From positions 140,773-204,772 of IMG/VR virus record IMGVR_UViG_3300048008_000449: DNA of 64,000 nt. One strand, 5' to 3'. This document shows positions 9,867-19,387 of the stretch, one piece after another. A model generated the notes under the pieces. It ran no database searches. It was not told the DNA's origin and saw only the letters and a program-made list of their open reading frames with translations. The translations under genes and the position numbers were made by a program. Positions within the stretch are counted from its first letter, which is position 1, and each line of letters starts with the position of its first letter.

Positions 9867-9949
9867 TTTGGATCCTCGTTGTTCATTTTATACAATAAAA
9901 AAATTGGTATTATAAAACAACATAATACAAAAAGCAAAGACCATATCAT
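9863..9949 (-). CDS. 28-aa single-TM micropeptide MIWSLLFVLCCFIIPIFLLYKMNNEDPK
   Basis: Translated by hand; fills the gap exactly with ATGA overlaps at both ends. Confidence 0.7.
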   Translation of the reverse strand: MIWSLLFVLCCFIIPIFLLYKMNNEDPK

Positions 9950-10617
9950 ATAGTTGCTTGCTCCATTATTTCTTTTACCCATTTAGTATCTTGTGGGTTT
10001 ACTTTCATTGCACGTTCCCAATAATCTATTTCTAAATAATCAGTAACCATTTTAATTTGTTCAGGATTAAATCTATCAATTAATCCTTGCGCCGCATTAC
10101 TATTAAATAGTACCCATGGCGAAATCTTTCCACTACAAATATGAAATACTGCTAAATTAGGTGATACTATTTCAAAATAATTATTATATGTTGTATTGTT
10201 TTCTTTTGCCCAGTTTTGTAAAAATAGTATTGTACGTTCTACTGCCCTATCTACTGTCTCAGTTCTTAAACGTTCTTTCATCCATGATGTAAACTGTTTA
10301 TCTTTACACCAATGGTCAAGTCTTACTTGGTTTCTTACTAACCAAGTTGCGTAAGCCGGAACATCATCGATACCAATGTCGCGACAATAATAACCAAACT
10401 TACAGAAGCCAATATAGTATTGACTCTTTGCAAAATCTTCGTAGCTTTTTTCATTCTTTGAATTTGTTCCTATTTTATAAAATAATTGAAATGCTCTAAA
10501 ACCAAGTTGAACATGTTGTTCTCCTTTTTGCATAAATCTACGTTTCTGTTCACACATATGAACAGCTAGTGTACTTTCTTTTTTAAATGTTTTAGAACAG
10601 TATCCGCATTTATACAT
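9946..10617 (-). CDS. C2H2-like zinc-finger protein in the replication operon
   Basis: YKCGYCSKTFKKESTLAVHMC. Confidence 0.7.
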   Translation of the reverse strand: MYKCGYCSKTFKKESTLAVHMCEQKRRFMQKGEQHVQLGFRAFQLFYKIGTNSKNEKSYEDFAKSQYYIGFCKFGYYCRDIGIDDVPAYATWLVRNQVRLDHWCKDKQFTSWMKERLRTETVDRAVERTILFLQNWAKENNTTYNNYFEIVSPNLAVFHICSGKISPWVLFNSNAAQGLIDRFNPEQIKMVTDYLEIDYWERAMKVNPQDTKWVKEIMEQATI

Positions 10618-11278
10618 TAACAGTTTCCTTTTTCCAGAAAGGATCAGTCCAATTCTCTTTTAAGTTTTCTGGTCTACTAACTTTCATAGTATATAACGAG
10701 TTATTAATCAAGTCAACATATTTTTCTGTTGGTTGTCCAGTCCATGGAGCACCTATACATAATGTGACTTTTTCTTCTGTACCTGGCTCAAGTGCATGTG
10801 GATGACTACCATCCAATACATATGTAGTATAATTTTGTGGAATATAAACTTTATTATCTTTCTTATCTATAAAATACAATTTATCAACATTACCGTTTAA
10901 CACGATTCTAAATTTATGTTGCAGTGATCCTATTTCATCAACCTTACTATCTAAATGTACATTTAATCCATAGTTTGCTGGCGTTCTTAAAATAGTAACT
11001 CTGCCAACTGGTTCCATCCATGGAAATACTTTTTCTTTTAAAAGTTTTTGTGTAAATGTCCAATTCTGTGCAGGTTTGGTATATGCAAACTCTCCATATC
11101 TTGTATTTTTGCCTTCTGCTTGTCCGCCAAGTTGACCTTCTGCATTAAATACAGGTAGCATCTTGCATCCACGAAATTCGTTATAATGCCAGTAACTATC
11201 ATCAACTGACATTACTTCATTATACATAGCTTTTCTATCTTCATCTGTTATATTTAGATCTAAAGCCGTAAACGTCAT
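10610..11278 (-). CDS. Cupin/2OG-Fe(II) hydroxylase-like (AspH-like)
   Basis: GRVTILRT..VHLD...LDGSHPH (HxD...H triad). Confidence 0.65.
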   Translation of the reverse strand: MTFTALDLNITDEDRKAMYNEVMSVDDSYWHYNEFRGCKMLPVFNAEGQLGGQAEGKNTRYGEFAYTKPAQNWTFTQKLLKEKVFPWMEPVGRVTILRTPANYGLNVHLDSKVDEIGSLQHKFRIVLNGNVDKLYFIDKKDNKVYIPQNYTTYVLDGSHPHALEPGTEEKVTLCIGAPWTGQPTEKYVDLINNSLYTMKVSRPENLKENWTDPFWKKETVNV

Positions 11279-11733
11279 TTTAATAATTCTTTTATTTGTT
11301 TTTTATCTAGCCCGTACTCTTCAAAAAGATCTTTCCAATCATCTTTTGTTTTAGTACTAATAAATATCTCTACTTCATCATCATTTAAATGACTATAATT
11401 TTCAACTACCCACTTTTGAATCTTATTCTTTTTCATTGCCTTACCTGGTGGTAGCCATGGATGAAATGTAGTCTTACCTAATCCAACTAATTGCATCAGT
11501 TGATACTGCAATTGTGGATGTTTACGTAATTTGTTAAAGTGTACATTAACTACTTCATTAGTCCATTCTAAATAATGTTCAGTAAACATCTTGTCTCCAC
11601 AACTACTAGTATAACGCATAAGTAGCCATAAGCCAAGTTTGTTTTTCTCTTCATCAGTTAAACTATCATACCAAGTTCTATCTTTAGTATCAATAGATCT
11701 CATCTCTTCTTTGATGTTTAGTTTATTTGACAA
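11275..11733 (-). CDS. Clamp-loader small subunit (gp62-like)
   Basis: WLLMRYTS, NEVVN, KHPQLQYQL, FHPWLPP resemble T4-like gp62; replication context. Confidence 0.6.
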   Translation of the reverse strand: MSNKLNIKEEMRSIDTKDRTWYDSLTDEEKNKLGLWLLMRYTSSCGDKMFTEHYLEWTNEVVNVHFNKLRKHPQLQYQLMQLVGLGKTTFHPWLPPGKAMKKNKIQKWVVENYSHLNDDEVEIFISTKTKDDWKDLFEEYGLDKKQIKELLK

Positions 11734-11944
11734 TTATTACTTCCCCTTCAGTTTCTATCCAAACTTTTGCACCACACGGTAATGGTTTATCTGGACTATA
11801 AACAACTTTACTATCACCTTTAATATGTACTTCATGTGCATAGTCATTGCTCTTAGATGTTTTACATGTTAACACAGGCTCTCTATCACCAGACTTAGCG
11901 TTACGTTTAATTATATGCTGATTAACGTGTATTCTAGTTTTCAT
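11723..11944 (-). CDS. Small hypothetical phage protein
   Basis: Likely start MKTRIHVNQHII at 11944; YSPDKPLPCGAKVWIET. Confidence 0.65.
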   Translation of the reverse strand: MKTRIHVNQHIIKRNAKSGDREPVLTCKTSKSNDYAHEVHIKGDSKVVYSPDKPLPCGAKVWIETEGEVIIVK

Positions 11945-11948
11945 TGTA

Positions 11949-12449
11949 CTACCAAAGCTCGCTAATGTCAAGTACCTCAGGTAACTTGTTTGATTCTTTT
12001 ACAAATAATACACAAGGTGCATTTGGTCCATCATGTAGTGGTACATTTAGTAAATGGCCGAATTTAAGTTTAGGTGCATACCATTTAACATCAGTATAAA
12101 TGTTAGTAATGCTTACATCCAAGTACTTAGGTGTAAAACCAGTTACTGGATTAAATGCAAATACACTAAAACCTCTATCATTTAAACTCATTAAACTTAA
12201 TACTTCTGGATCTCCTACTGTAGGATCGCAAATTACAACACTCCAATCTAATGGCATAGTAATTTGATATTCACCAATTTTTAATACTGCCGCTGGTGCA
12301 TAAAAACTTTCCAAGAACACTAATGGGATGAAGTAGTAATCAATAAAACCTGGATTACTGTAATCTAAAATACTGTATCTTAAATCATCTATAGTATCTG
12401 GTATGTCATCTAGTTCATACGTTTCGTTTTCAACTGTTAATATTTTCAT
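11949..12449 (-). CDS. Hypothetical protein, possible degenerate Hint (intein-like) fold
   Basis: 166 aa all-beta pattern; see findings. Confidence 0.45.
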   Translation of the reverse strand: MKILTVENETYELDDIPDTIDDLRYSILDYSNPGFIDYYFIPLVFLESFYAPAAVLKIGEYQITMPLDWSVVICDPTVGDPEVLSLMSLNDRGFSVFAFNPVTGFTPKYLDVSITNIYTDVKWYAPKLKFGHLLNVPLHDGPNAPCVLFVKESNKLPEVLDISELW

Positions 12450-12458
12450 TATTTTTCC

Positions 12459-13910
12459 TTATTGCCAATCAACTTTTTCAATGCTGAATGGATAGTTTGC
12501 TTCTTTATAAAACTTCTTACGCTCTGTTAAGTGTTTTTTGCTAAATTTTGCTGTACTGGTGATGTCCCATATTTGAACATTATCTTTATCTTCTGCTTTA
12601 CGTATTCCACGACCAATACTTTGAATGACTCTAACAAAACTCTTTCCAGGTTCTATTAGTACCAGATTAAAAATACGTGGAATGTTAATTCCTACTGCCG
12701 CAACTCCATAAGTTGCTACTACAATTTGATTAGTTCCTTCATTAATATTATCATACTGATCTTTACGATCTGTAGTTTTCATTTCTCCACTAACAAAGTT
12801 AGCTTGTGGAAGATTATCACAAATTAATCCACCTGCTTTAATCCTATCTACTAATACAAGTGTATTGCCTGATGCTGATACTTTTTCAATTAATCCACTT
12901 ACATATTGCATACGATCTTTATCTGTAGTAAGATAAGTTAATTCGCTTTGATAATTATTATACTCTGCAAATTCTTTCATTTGCACAACGTTAACATGAC
13001 ATTGACTAAGCACATCCATGCCTTGTAGTTCGCTTGCACTAAGTTTATTAGTTACATCACCTAAGCATGCTTGCAAACTAACTTTCTCATGATCTGCTTT
13101 AGGTATAGTACCTGTTAATCCCCAACGTAGTGGAATGTTTGCAAATTCTTTAGTAAGTAATTCTTTTAACACATCTGCTTTTGCTTGGTGCACCTCATCT
13201 ACTATTACACATACAACGTCTTCAGCAAAGTCTGCTAAACTTAGGTCTGATTCACCTTCTCTAAATCTTTTCTTAATACTATTCAAACTTTGCCATGTAC
13301 AAATAGTATGAGTTTTTCCTAATTCTTTTTTATCGCCAAAGTAAACACCAACGTCTAATCCTAGATTGTTATAATCATCAAATGTTTGACGTACTAAATC
13401 TTTGTTTGGTACAATAACAATTGATCTTCCATATGTTTCCACACGTTCGCTAAGTGCCGCGGTTATTAATGTTTTACCTGCACCTGTTGCAATTTCTTGT
13501 AAACAATGTGGAGTCTCTAAAAACTTATTAACAATCTCAATCTGATAATCACGCAATGTTACTGGCTCACCTGCAACCGGATGTTTTTCTGGCCATAATT
13601 TATGTTGAAATGTAGTTTTATCAACTGTTGGAAAATTAAAATCAAACTTATTTCTTAAGTCATCAATATCAATTTCATATCCATTATCCATAATAGTAGG
13701 AAGTACTCTATCAAGTAAATTAATATAAGTAACACCACCTACTGTAAAGTAACTTTGACATCCATCCCATCTACCTAATTTATATGCTGGCACATGGTAT
13801 GCATATGGTAAAAAGAACTTTAATTCTTTCTCACATTTACGGCGGGTATTAACATCAAGACCTTCTATCTTGCAGTTAACTTCATCTTTTAAAACAATTT
13901 TACATTTCAT
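12459..13910 (-). CDS. uvsW: SF2 DNA helicase UvsW-like
   Basis: LRDYQ, ATGAGKT, DEVH, GLTGT, QSIGRGIR; start reassigned to ATG 13910 (MKCKIVL) from promoter geometry. Confidence 0.92.
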   Translation of the reverse strand: MKCKIVLKDEVNCKIEGLDVNTRRKCEKELKFFLPYAYHVPAYKLGRWDGCQSYFTVGGVTYINLLDRVLPTIMDNGYEIDIDDLRNKFDFNFPTVDKTTFQHKLWPEKHPVAGEPVTLRDYQIEIVNKFLETPHCLQEIATGAGKTLITAALSERVETYGRSIVIVPNKDLVRQTFDDYNNLGLDVGVYFGDKKELGKTHTICTWQSLNSIKKRFREGESDLSLADFAEDVVCVIVDEVHQAKADVLKELLTKEFANIPLRWGLTGTIPKADHEKVSLQACLGDVTNKLSASELQGMDVLSQCHVNVVQMKEFAEYNNYQSELTYLTTDKDRMQYVSGLIEKVSASGNTLVLVDRIKAGGLICDNLPQANFVSGEMKTTDRKDQYDNINEGTNQIVVATYGVAAVGINIPRIFNLVLIEPGKSFVRVIQSIGRGIRKAEDKDNVQIWDITSTAKFSKKHLTERKKFYKEANYPFSIEKVDWQ

Positions 13911-13916
13911 ACTAGT

Positions 13917-13945
13917 ATAATACATTAACTTAGACAAAAAGTCAA
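13917..13945 (-). promoter_or_regulatory. Sigma70-type promoter of a leaderless uvsW
   Basis: TTGACT-17-TATTAT-6 nt-ATG. Confidence 0.7.
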
Positions 13946-13955
13946 GTTAAAGCCT

Positions 13956-14288
13956 TTATAATGTTAAATATTTTAAGAGTAAAAATAGACATATCATAGT
14001 TACTATAATAGAAACTATCAATGATAACCAGAATCCTTGATGCATAATCAAATACGCAAACACAGGAAAGAATATTAAACTTACTAAAACAAAATAAACA
14101 GTTTCTTTTGCTAACTGTGAAAATACCTCAGGCTGAATTCCGCTATAATGCATAAAGAATATGCTTACAATACTGCTTAGTGGTATTCCTAATATAAGAG
14201 CACCAATAGTCGGGTTGCCTCGTTCTGCGGCAGTTACAACACCTGCTATTACTAGTCCACCTATAACTGCTTTAAGTAAGAATTCCAT
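13956..14288 (-). CDS. Small 4-TM membrane protein (DUF3147/GlpM-like)
   Basis: Four hydrophobic segments; PTIGALILGIPLSS. Confidence 0.65.
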   Translation of the reverse strand: MEFLLKAVIGGLVIAGVVTAAERGNPTIGALILGIPLSSIVSIFFMHYSGIQPEVFSQLAKETVYFVLVSLIFFPVFAYLIMHQGFWLSLIVSIIVTMICLFLLLKYLTL

Positions 14289-14305
14289 AATATTATTTAT
14301 GTCAT

Positions 14306-14329
14306 AAAAAAAGCCCCGAAGGGCTTTTT
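14306..14329. terminator. Intrinsic terminator, bidirectional shape
   Basis: AAAAAAAGCCC-CGAA-GGGCTTTTT. Confidence 0.8.
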
Positions 14330-14342
14330 CTAAAATTTATTT

Positions 14343-15209
14343 TTATGCTCTTCGCATACATGTAACTTCTGCAGTACGTTTCCACTTATCAGCACCAAAG
14401 CTCTTTTTAAGATCTGCAAGTTTAGTTACCATTCTCAAACTAACTTCTCGCATTTTTTCTTTGTTAGAACACATGAAGTCCATTAAGTCATCTTGCTCTT
14501 CTGTTGTAAACTGATATTCATTAAGCATACCATCTGCAACAATCTGCTTACAACGTAGAACTTTTTCTCGCATTGTATCCATTGTAAGATCTAAGTAATG
14601 ACATCTTGACATAATAGCCGCTAAGTGATCAGCAATTTTACCACGCACATTATCAAACTTAAGGTTAGTAATAAAGATAACACTACCTTGGAATTCAAAA
14701 GTATCTGGAATACCTTCACGTCTTAGTAATGCACTATCTGTATTCCAACTTAGTTTACGTTTCTTACATGAATCAAGTGCCGCTTTAAGCAAGTTAAGAC
14801 TTGTCTCATCATACAATACTGTATCACAATCGTCTAACACAAGAACACTATTTTTGTCTGCGTTATTGTAAAGTACTTTGTACAAACCAATTGCACTAGA
14901 AGCACCTTTAATAACTTCATAACGTAATTTGTTACCTGCAATAGCATCAAACAAATTATTCTTTTCTAGAACTTGTTCAACACCAAAACTTTTACCAACA
15001 CCTGGAGGGCCTGTTACAACCATACCACGTACAACACCATCGATAGATGCTTGTGTCATATCGTCTAAGATGCTAAAACGCTCTCGCATACGTTCTATGA
15101 TCATCTCATCTGTTTCTTTTGGATTGTCCTTTGCCTTACTTGGTAGGACCTCAATAATAGTCTCGCCTTTAGTGTTTTTACGAGCTTGTTTTAGTTGCAT
15201 ATTAGCCAT
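14343..15209 (-). CDS. AAA+ ATPase
   Basis: GPPGVGKS, VLVLDDCD, FITN, SRC. Confidence 0.85.
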   Translation of the reverse strand: MANMQLKQARKNTKGETIIEVLPSKAKDNPKETDEMIIERMRERFSILDDMTQASIDGVVRGMVVTGPPGVGKSFGVEQVLEKNNLFDAIAGNKLRYEVIKGASSAIGLYKVLYNNADKNSVLVLDDCDTVLYDETSLNLLKAALDSCKKRKLSWNTDSALLRREGIPDTFEFQGSVIFITNLKFDNVRGKIADHLAAIMSRCHYLDLTMDTMREKVLRCKQIVADGMLNEYQFTTEEQDDLMDFMCSNKEKMREVSLRMVTKLADLKKSFGADKWKRTAEVTCMRRA

Positions 15210-15230
15210 TTATAACTCCTGTTTTTTATT

Positions 15231-15273
15231 AACTATACTTACAGTATACAGTAAGACTTCTTGCTTGTCAACC
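15231..15273 (-). promoter_or_regulatory. Sigma70-type promoter with spacer palindrome (AAA ATPase)
   Basis: TTGACA (15266-15271), 17 bp, TATACT (15243-15248); AAGAAGTCTT in the spacer. Confidence 0.85.
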
Positions 15274-15368
15274 TATATACGTCAACTTTTTTAATTTTTT
15301 TTTGGTTTGTTTATTCATAGAATTGGGCCCAATATAAAAAGGGCCCAATAATGTATATTTTGTGCTAA

Positions 15369-15629
15369 CTACGCCGCTACTCTTTTTTTAGCGATTGTGT
15401 ACTCTACTGCTGGTCTGCCTTGCATGCCAGATTCGATCGCTGTAGCTTTGATGTTAAAGCCTTCAGCTCTTAATTCTGAAAGTCTTGCACCTGGAGATGC
15501 GATGTCTAATTTATCTCTTAGAACATCCATAGTAAACGTTTTACCAGTTCCCCAAAATTTAGCTAGGATTTGTTGATTCTGTGTTCCTTCTTTAAAGAAC
15601 TTAGTTCCTACTGCTTTTGCTTTTCTCAT
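15369..15629 (-). CDS. Winged helix-turn-helix DNA-binding protein
   Basis: IASPGARLSELRAEGFNI HTH; has its own sigma70-type promoter. Confidence 0.75.
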   Translation of the reverse strand: MRKAKAVGTKFFKEGTQNQQILAKFWGTGKTFTMDVLRDKLDIASPGARLSELRAEGFNIKATAIESGMQGRPAVEYTIAKKRVAA

Positions 15630-15673
15630 AATATAACTCCTTTTTTTATTATTGTTATTAGTTATTATTAAGT

Positions 15674-15703
15674 ATAATATATATGAGTTTTGCTATTTGT
15701 CAA
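15674..15703 (-). promoter_or_regulatory. Probable sigma70-type promoter of the HTH gene
   Basis: GGTTGACA, then TATTAT at 18 bp or TATATT at 16 bp. Confidence 0.55.
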
Positions 15704-15717
15704 CCTTTAAAAAACCC

Positions 15718-16422
15718 TTATATTTCAAGGATTTTAACCCGGTTAACCATAGTTTCTTTAGCATTTGTGTACTTTGATAGCTCATGTTTGTTAACAGTAG
15801 CCCTAATTTTAATGTTTCTACCGTTTATAATGCTACTAATATCTGGCTGATCTCTCCACCAAAACTTAATTAAGTCTTTTTTAGCATATACAGTAGTAAT
15901 CATGTAAATATTGCTAGTTTGTATGAATTTAACATCCATTACTTCTACTGATAAATCGTAACGTTTACCTCTATCTCCAAAGTACTGGCTACTATGCTTT
16001 AGCGAAGATAACTTATCTTCAACTTCTTCACGTTTTTTGTCAATATTTACACTATGTGGTAAACTAGCTATAATACTAACAGTAAATTTGTTAACATTTG
16101 CTTCAGATAGAGATTTAACAACGTTAGCCTCAAAACTATTAAGGTTGTTAGTCATTTTCTTAATCATAAGTTTACCATTAATAACAGTAATCAAATCATT
16201 AGCTTTTGTAATTTGTTCTTCTGTAAAATTCATTTTAGGATTTTCAATAATATCAACAATACATGATTTATTATCTTCAATTATGACTGGATTTTCAGGA
16301 TCTGAGTGATCTGTATATCCTTGTCCACTTTTAATAAAACCCTGTGTTTCATGAACTTGTATAGCCGCGGCCATAACATCCACAACTGTAATACTTGGCC
16401 AAGGTGTTCTATTCTTAGACAT
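15718..16422 (-). CDS. Hypothetical early protein with a C-terminal OB-fold-like domain
   Basis: YFGDRGKR...IKIRATVNKH..ETMVNRVK. Confidence 0.55.
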   Translation of the reverse strand: MSKNRTPWPSITVVDVMAAAIQVHETQGFIKSGQGYTDHSDPENPVIIEDNKSCIVDIIENPKMNFTEEQITKANDLITVINGKLMIKKMTNNLNSFEANVVKSLSEANVNKFTVSIIASLPHSVNIDKKREEVEDKLSSLKHSSQYFGDRGKRYDLSVEVMDVKFIQTSNIYMITTVYAKKDLIKFWWRDQPDISSIINGRNIKIRATVNKHELSKYTNAKETMVNRVKILEI

Positions 16423-16444
16423 AATTGTTACTCCATTTAATTAA

Positions 16445-16484
16445 TATACTTACAGTATACGGCAAGAAGTCTTACTTGTCAACC
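16445..16484 (-). promoter_or_regulatory. Sigma70-type promoter with spacer palindrome
   Basis: TTGACA (16477-16482), 17 bp, TATACT (16454-16459); AAGACTTCTT. Confidence 0.85.
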
Positions 16485-16486
16485 TT

Positions 16487-16945
16487 TTAAAGTGAAATGT
16501 CTTCTAATCCTGCCGCTCTAAGTTTTACTACATTATTAATCTGAAACTGTTTAGCTTCTAATGCTTTAATCACGCCAATATACCTATTTCTAACCAAACT
16601 AAAGTCATTAATCAGATATTGTAAATCTACTACATTTTGTTCACCGTCAACATACTTGTCTGCATCACGTGAACTAAGTGCTTTATTGTAGTTTTCTAAA
16701 AACTTACGAAATGTTTGGGATCGTAATTTACGCATCTCAGTATTTAAAAACTCTAGTATAGCTTCAACTTCTTGTAATTGGTTAAATCTATGTTCTACAA
16801 TTCCTGGCATATCTCTACTTTGCTTTTCGAGGTTACCTTTCATACTGCATTCGAATCTTGCTTGATCAATTTCTTTTTCAAAGTGAGAGATAGCTGAAAC
16901 TATCTCTCCAAGATTTGCGGTTACTTTACGATACCATACACTCAT
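16487..16945 (-). CDS. uvsY: Recombination mediator UvsY
   Basis: LSSRDADKYVDGE, KALEAKQFQINNVVKLRAAG; next to uvsX. Confidence 0.85.
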   Translation of the reverse strand: MSVWYRKVTANLGEIVSAISHFEKEIDQARFECSMKGNLEKQSRDMPGIVEHRFNQLQEVEAILEFLNTEMRKLRSQTFRKFLENYNKALSSRDADKYVDGEQNVVDLQYLINDFSLVRNRYIGVIKALEAKQFQINNVVKLRAAGLEDISL

Positions 16946-17214
16946 TAGTAATCTTCATCCTCGTCGTCTTCATTATAGTCGCCGAAAATATCTTCATCTT
17001 CTTCTTCGAGCTCTAGATACTCATCAATTGCATCACTAAGGTATTCGCAATGATCAGCTATCTCTTTTACTGCTGGTTTAATATCAAATCCATGATCAAC
17101 TAGAGCCGCAATTACTTTACTTGCAAATTCAGGTTTATCTTTATCATTAATTAAAACAGTTGCTTCATCGTAAATATTAAAAACAAACTCAAAATCTCCA
17201 TCAGTTAGATTCAT
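16945..17214 (-). CDS. Acidic hypothetical protein
   Basis: 89 aa with a D/E-rich tail. Confidence 0.6.
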   Translation of the reverse strand: MNLTDGDFEFVFNIYDEATVLINDKDKPEFASKVIAALVDHGFDIKPAVKEIADHCEYLSDAIDEYLELEEEDEDIFGDYNEDDEDEDY

Positions 17215-18310
17215 TAACAGCCTCCGGTGTTGTTATAGTTTCATTATTAGCCATATCTTCTTCTGCCGCATCAGCAATTTCATTGTTGTATTCATTCATT
17301 ACAACATCCAATGCACCGTCTTTGTTTGCATTCCAAGGTTTACGGAACATTTTAATTACTTCGCCTGTTGTTGGGCTAGTGTATTCTAAACTGTTTCCAC
17401 TTTTCTTTAGCAAACCTTTTGCTTCAAAGAATTCAGTTAAGCCACTGTATGGACTCATACCTGTTTCATATGGGATTTCTACTTGCACACTTTCAAAGGG
17501 CTTAGAATATCTTGTTTTCATTACTTTACAAGCCGCTCTAATACCAAATACTTGTGATGTTTTATTACCATCTGCATCAACTTTTAATTTAAGTTTACGC
17601 ATTGCAATAACAATACTACTTGCATAGATAAAGCCTTGTCCACCTGAGATCTTATCATCTGGATCAAACATATCTTGCGATGCATATGTATGGTTAGTTG
17701 CTAGTAATCCTACATTATATTCACCAAACATGTTAACTGTGTTACGTACTAATGATGTTAGTGCTTTAGGCTTACGACCCATGTCACCTTTCATGTCACC
17801 TTTTTGAAACTGATCTACATCAGTAGGTGTTAGTAGCATACCCAATGAATCTACTACAAATAATACTTTAGGACGCTCATCTGGTTCTTTTTCAGCATAT
17901 TCTGCTTTGTAGTCTTTCATGAAATCACTAATAGTTCTAGCAACGTCATCAATCATTGACATGTTTAGTTTAAGTAGTTTTTCTGGTGTTGTGTCTACAT
18001 CTAATGCATGTAGCCAACTTTCATCTAGTGCATTTTCACTATCAATAAGGATAACAAAAATACCTTGATCTTGTGCCGCTTTAACTACGTTACCTGCGGC
18101 AATGTAACTTTTACCTGCACCGGACTCTCCGGCTAGTACTGTTACTTTACCTAGTGGAATTCCTTTATTGAAATCATCACTAATTAGTTTATTTAATGTG
18201 TAATTTCCTGTACTAATCCATGTATCAGGGTCGTTGAATCCAACACTTAAACCTGGTACACTTTTTGTAATACTTTTACGGAATTTACTTACGTCAAATG
18301 GTCTTGCCAT
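17201..18310 (-). CDS. uvsX: RecA/UvsX recombinase
   Basis: ISTGNYTLN, GESGAGKS, IDSENA, VVDSLG, SGGQG. Confidence 0.95.
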   Translation of the reverse strand: MARPFDVSKFRKSITKSVPGLSVGFNDPDTWISTGNYTLNKLISDDFNKGIPLGKVTVLAGESGAGKSYIAAGNVVKAAQDQGIFVILIDSENALDESWLHALDVDTTPEKLLKLNMSMIDDVARTISDFMKDYKAEYAEKEPDERPKVLFVVDSLGMLLTPTDVDQFQKGDMKGDMGRKPKALTSLVRNTVNMFGEYNVGLLATNHTYASQDMFDPDDKISGGQGFIYASSIVIAMRKLKLKVDADGNKTSQVFGIRAACKVMKTRYSKPFESVQVEIPYETGMSPYSGLTEFFEAKGLLKKSGNSLEYTSPTTGEVIKMFRKPWNANKDGALDVVMNEYNNEIADAAEEDMANNETITTPEAVNESN

Positions 18311-18333
18311 AATGTTTTTTCTCCTCTGTTATA

Positions 18334-18360
18334 AGTGAGGGCACTAAGGACACCCTCACT
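18334..18360 (-). other. Intercistronic hairpin between gp32 and uvsX
   Basis: AGTGAGGG-N11-CCCTCACT with a weak U tract. Confidence 0.6.
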
Positions 18361-18373
18361 CAATTTATATTAC

Positions 18374-19387
18374 TTATTGTTTACGGTTTCTAATTGCCGC
18401 TAAAATGTCCTGAGCACTCGGTGCATCACCTGCAGGTGCGCCGGCTGTTGCCATTTCTGGTTCCGCTGGTGCTTGTGCTACTGGTTCCGCTACTGTCTCA
18501 GTTACAACTGCCGCTTCAGCCACTGGTGCCGCTGGTGCTGGCGCCGGAGTTGGTGCAGGTGTAGGAGCAGGAGCTGGTGTTGCGCCTGTTGCTGGTGCAT
18601 CTACGCCATATGGACGATAGTATTGACCAAAACGTGCAGGATCATATAATTGACCATCAACACTTGCTTCAAACATTTCAAAGATTGCGTTCAATGCTTC
18701 TGCATCTGGTTTCTTAGGCAAGAAGTCATTTAGATTAAACAAGCCATGTGTTGCAATTGCATCACGCTCTGCTTGATCTAATCCACGTTCTCTACGAGCC
18801 CAATTTGATGTAGAATAATCTGCATACTGACCTTTTGTAGATTTTACAATCTTAAAGTCTGTACCAGCTTCATAATCAGTAGGAATCTCTTGAAACTCAG
18901 GATCCATAAGTGCTGAACTAATGATTTTATAAATTTGAGGTGAAATTACAAAACGTCTGATAGGATTCTCAGGTACTGAGTCTTCCTGCATTTCGCTTTG
19001 TGCTACAAATCCTTGAAAAATGTATGAACGTTTTTTCCAATACTTACGTCCCATATCTTCCATAGTAGGATCTTTAAACCAAGGACGAATTTCAGCATGT
19101 ACTGGGCATTGCTCTCCCCACATTTCCACACATGGAACTTGTACTGTTACTGGTTTGTTTTCGTCTTGACCTTTTACTCCTGGAAATTGAAGACGGATCA
19201 TTTGACGCTCTTTCCAAAAGAACGTATTGTTCTCGTCTGCGTCTGGTAAGAATCGTAATGTTGCTGATGTGCCTTCTGGAATATTCCAGTGTGCGAAGAT
19301 GGCGTTGTCGCCTCCTTGACTGCTAGAGCTTGAGCCCTTTGTTTCTTGTGCCTGCAGTTTTGCACGGATTTCTGCTAAAGATGCCAT
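18374..19387 (-). CDS. Single-stranded DNA-binding protein gp32-like
   Basis: LRFLPD, VPC..W..CPV, YWKKRSY, YADYSTS; Pro/Ala linker. Confidence 0.9.
   Translation of the reverse strand: MASLAEIRAKLQAQETKGSSSSSQGGDNAIFAHWNIPEGTSATLRFLPDADENNTFFWKERQMIRLQFPGVKGQDENKPVTVQVPCVEMWGEQCPVHAEIRPWFKDPTMEDMGRKYWKKRSYIFQGFVAQSEMQEDSVPENPIRRFVISPQIYKIISSALMDPEFQEIPTDYEAGTDFKIVKSTKGQYADYSTSNWARRERGLDQAERDAIATHGLFNLNDFLPKKPDAEALNAIFEMFEASVDGQLYDPARFGQYYRPYGVDAPATGATPAPAPTPAPTPAPAPAAPVAEAAVVTETVAEPVAQAPAEPEMATAGAPAGDAPSAQDILAAIRNRKQ

Noticed and set aside
15287-15348. Poly-T tract and GGGCCC palindromes as a special element
   Set aside because: Explained more simply as an A-rich UP element of the 15243-15271 promoter plus a hairpin after the HTH gene
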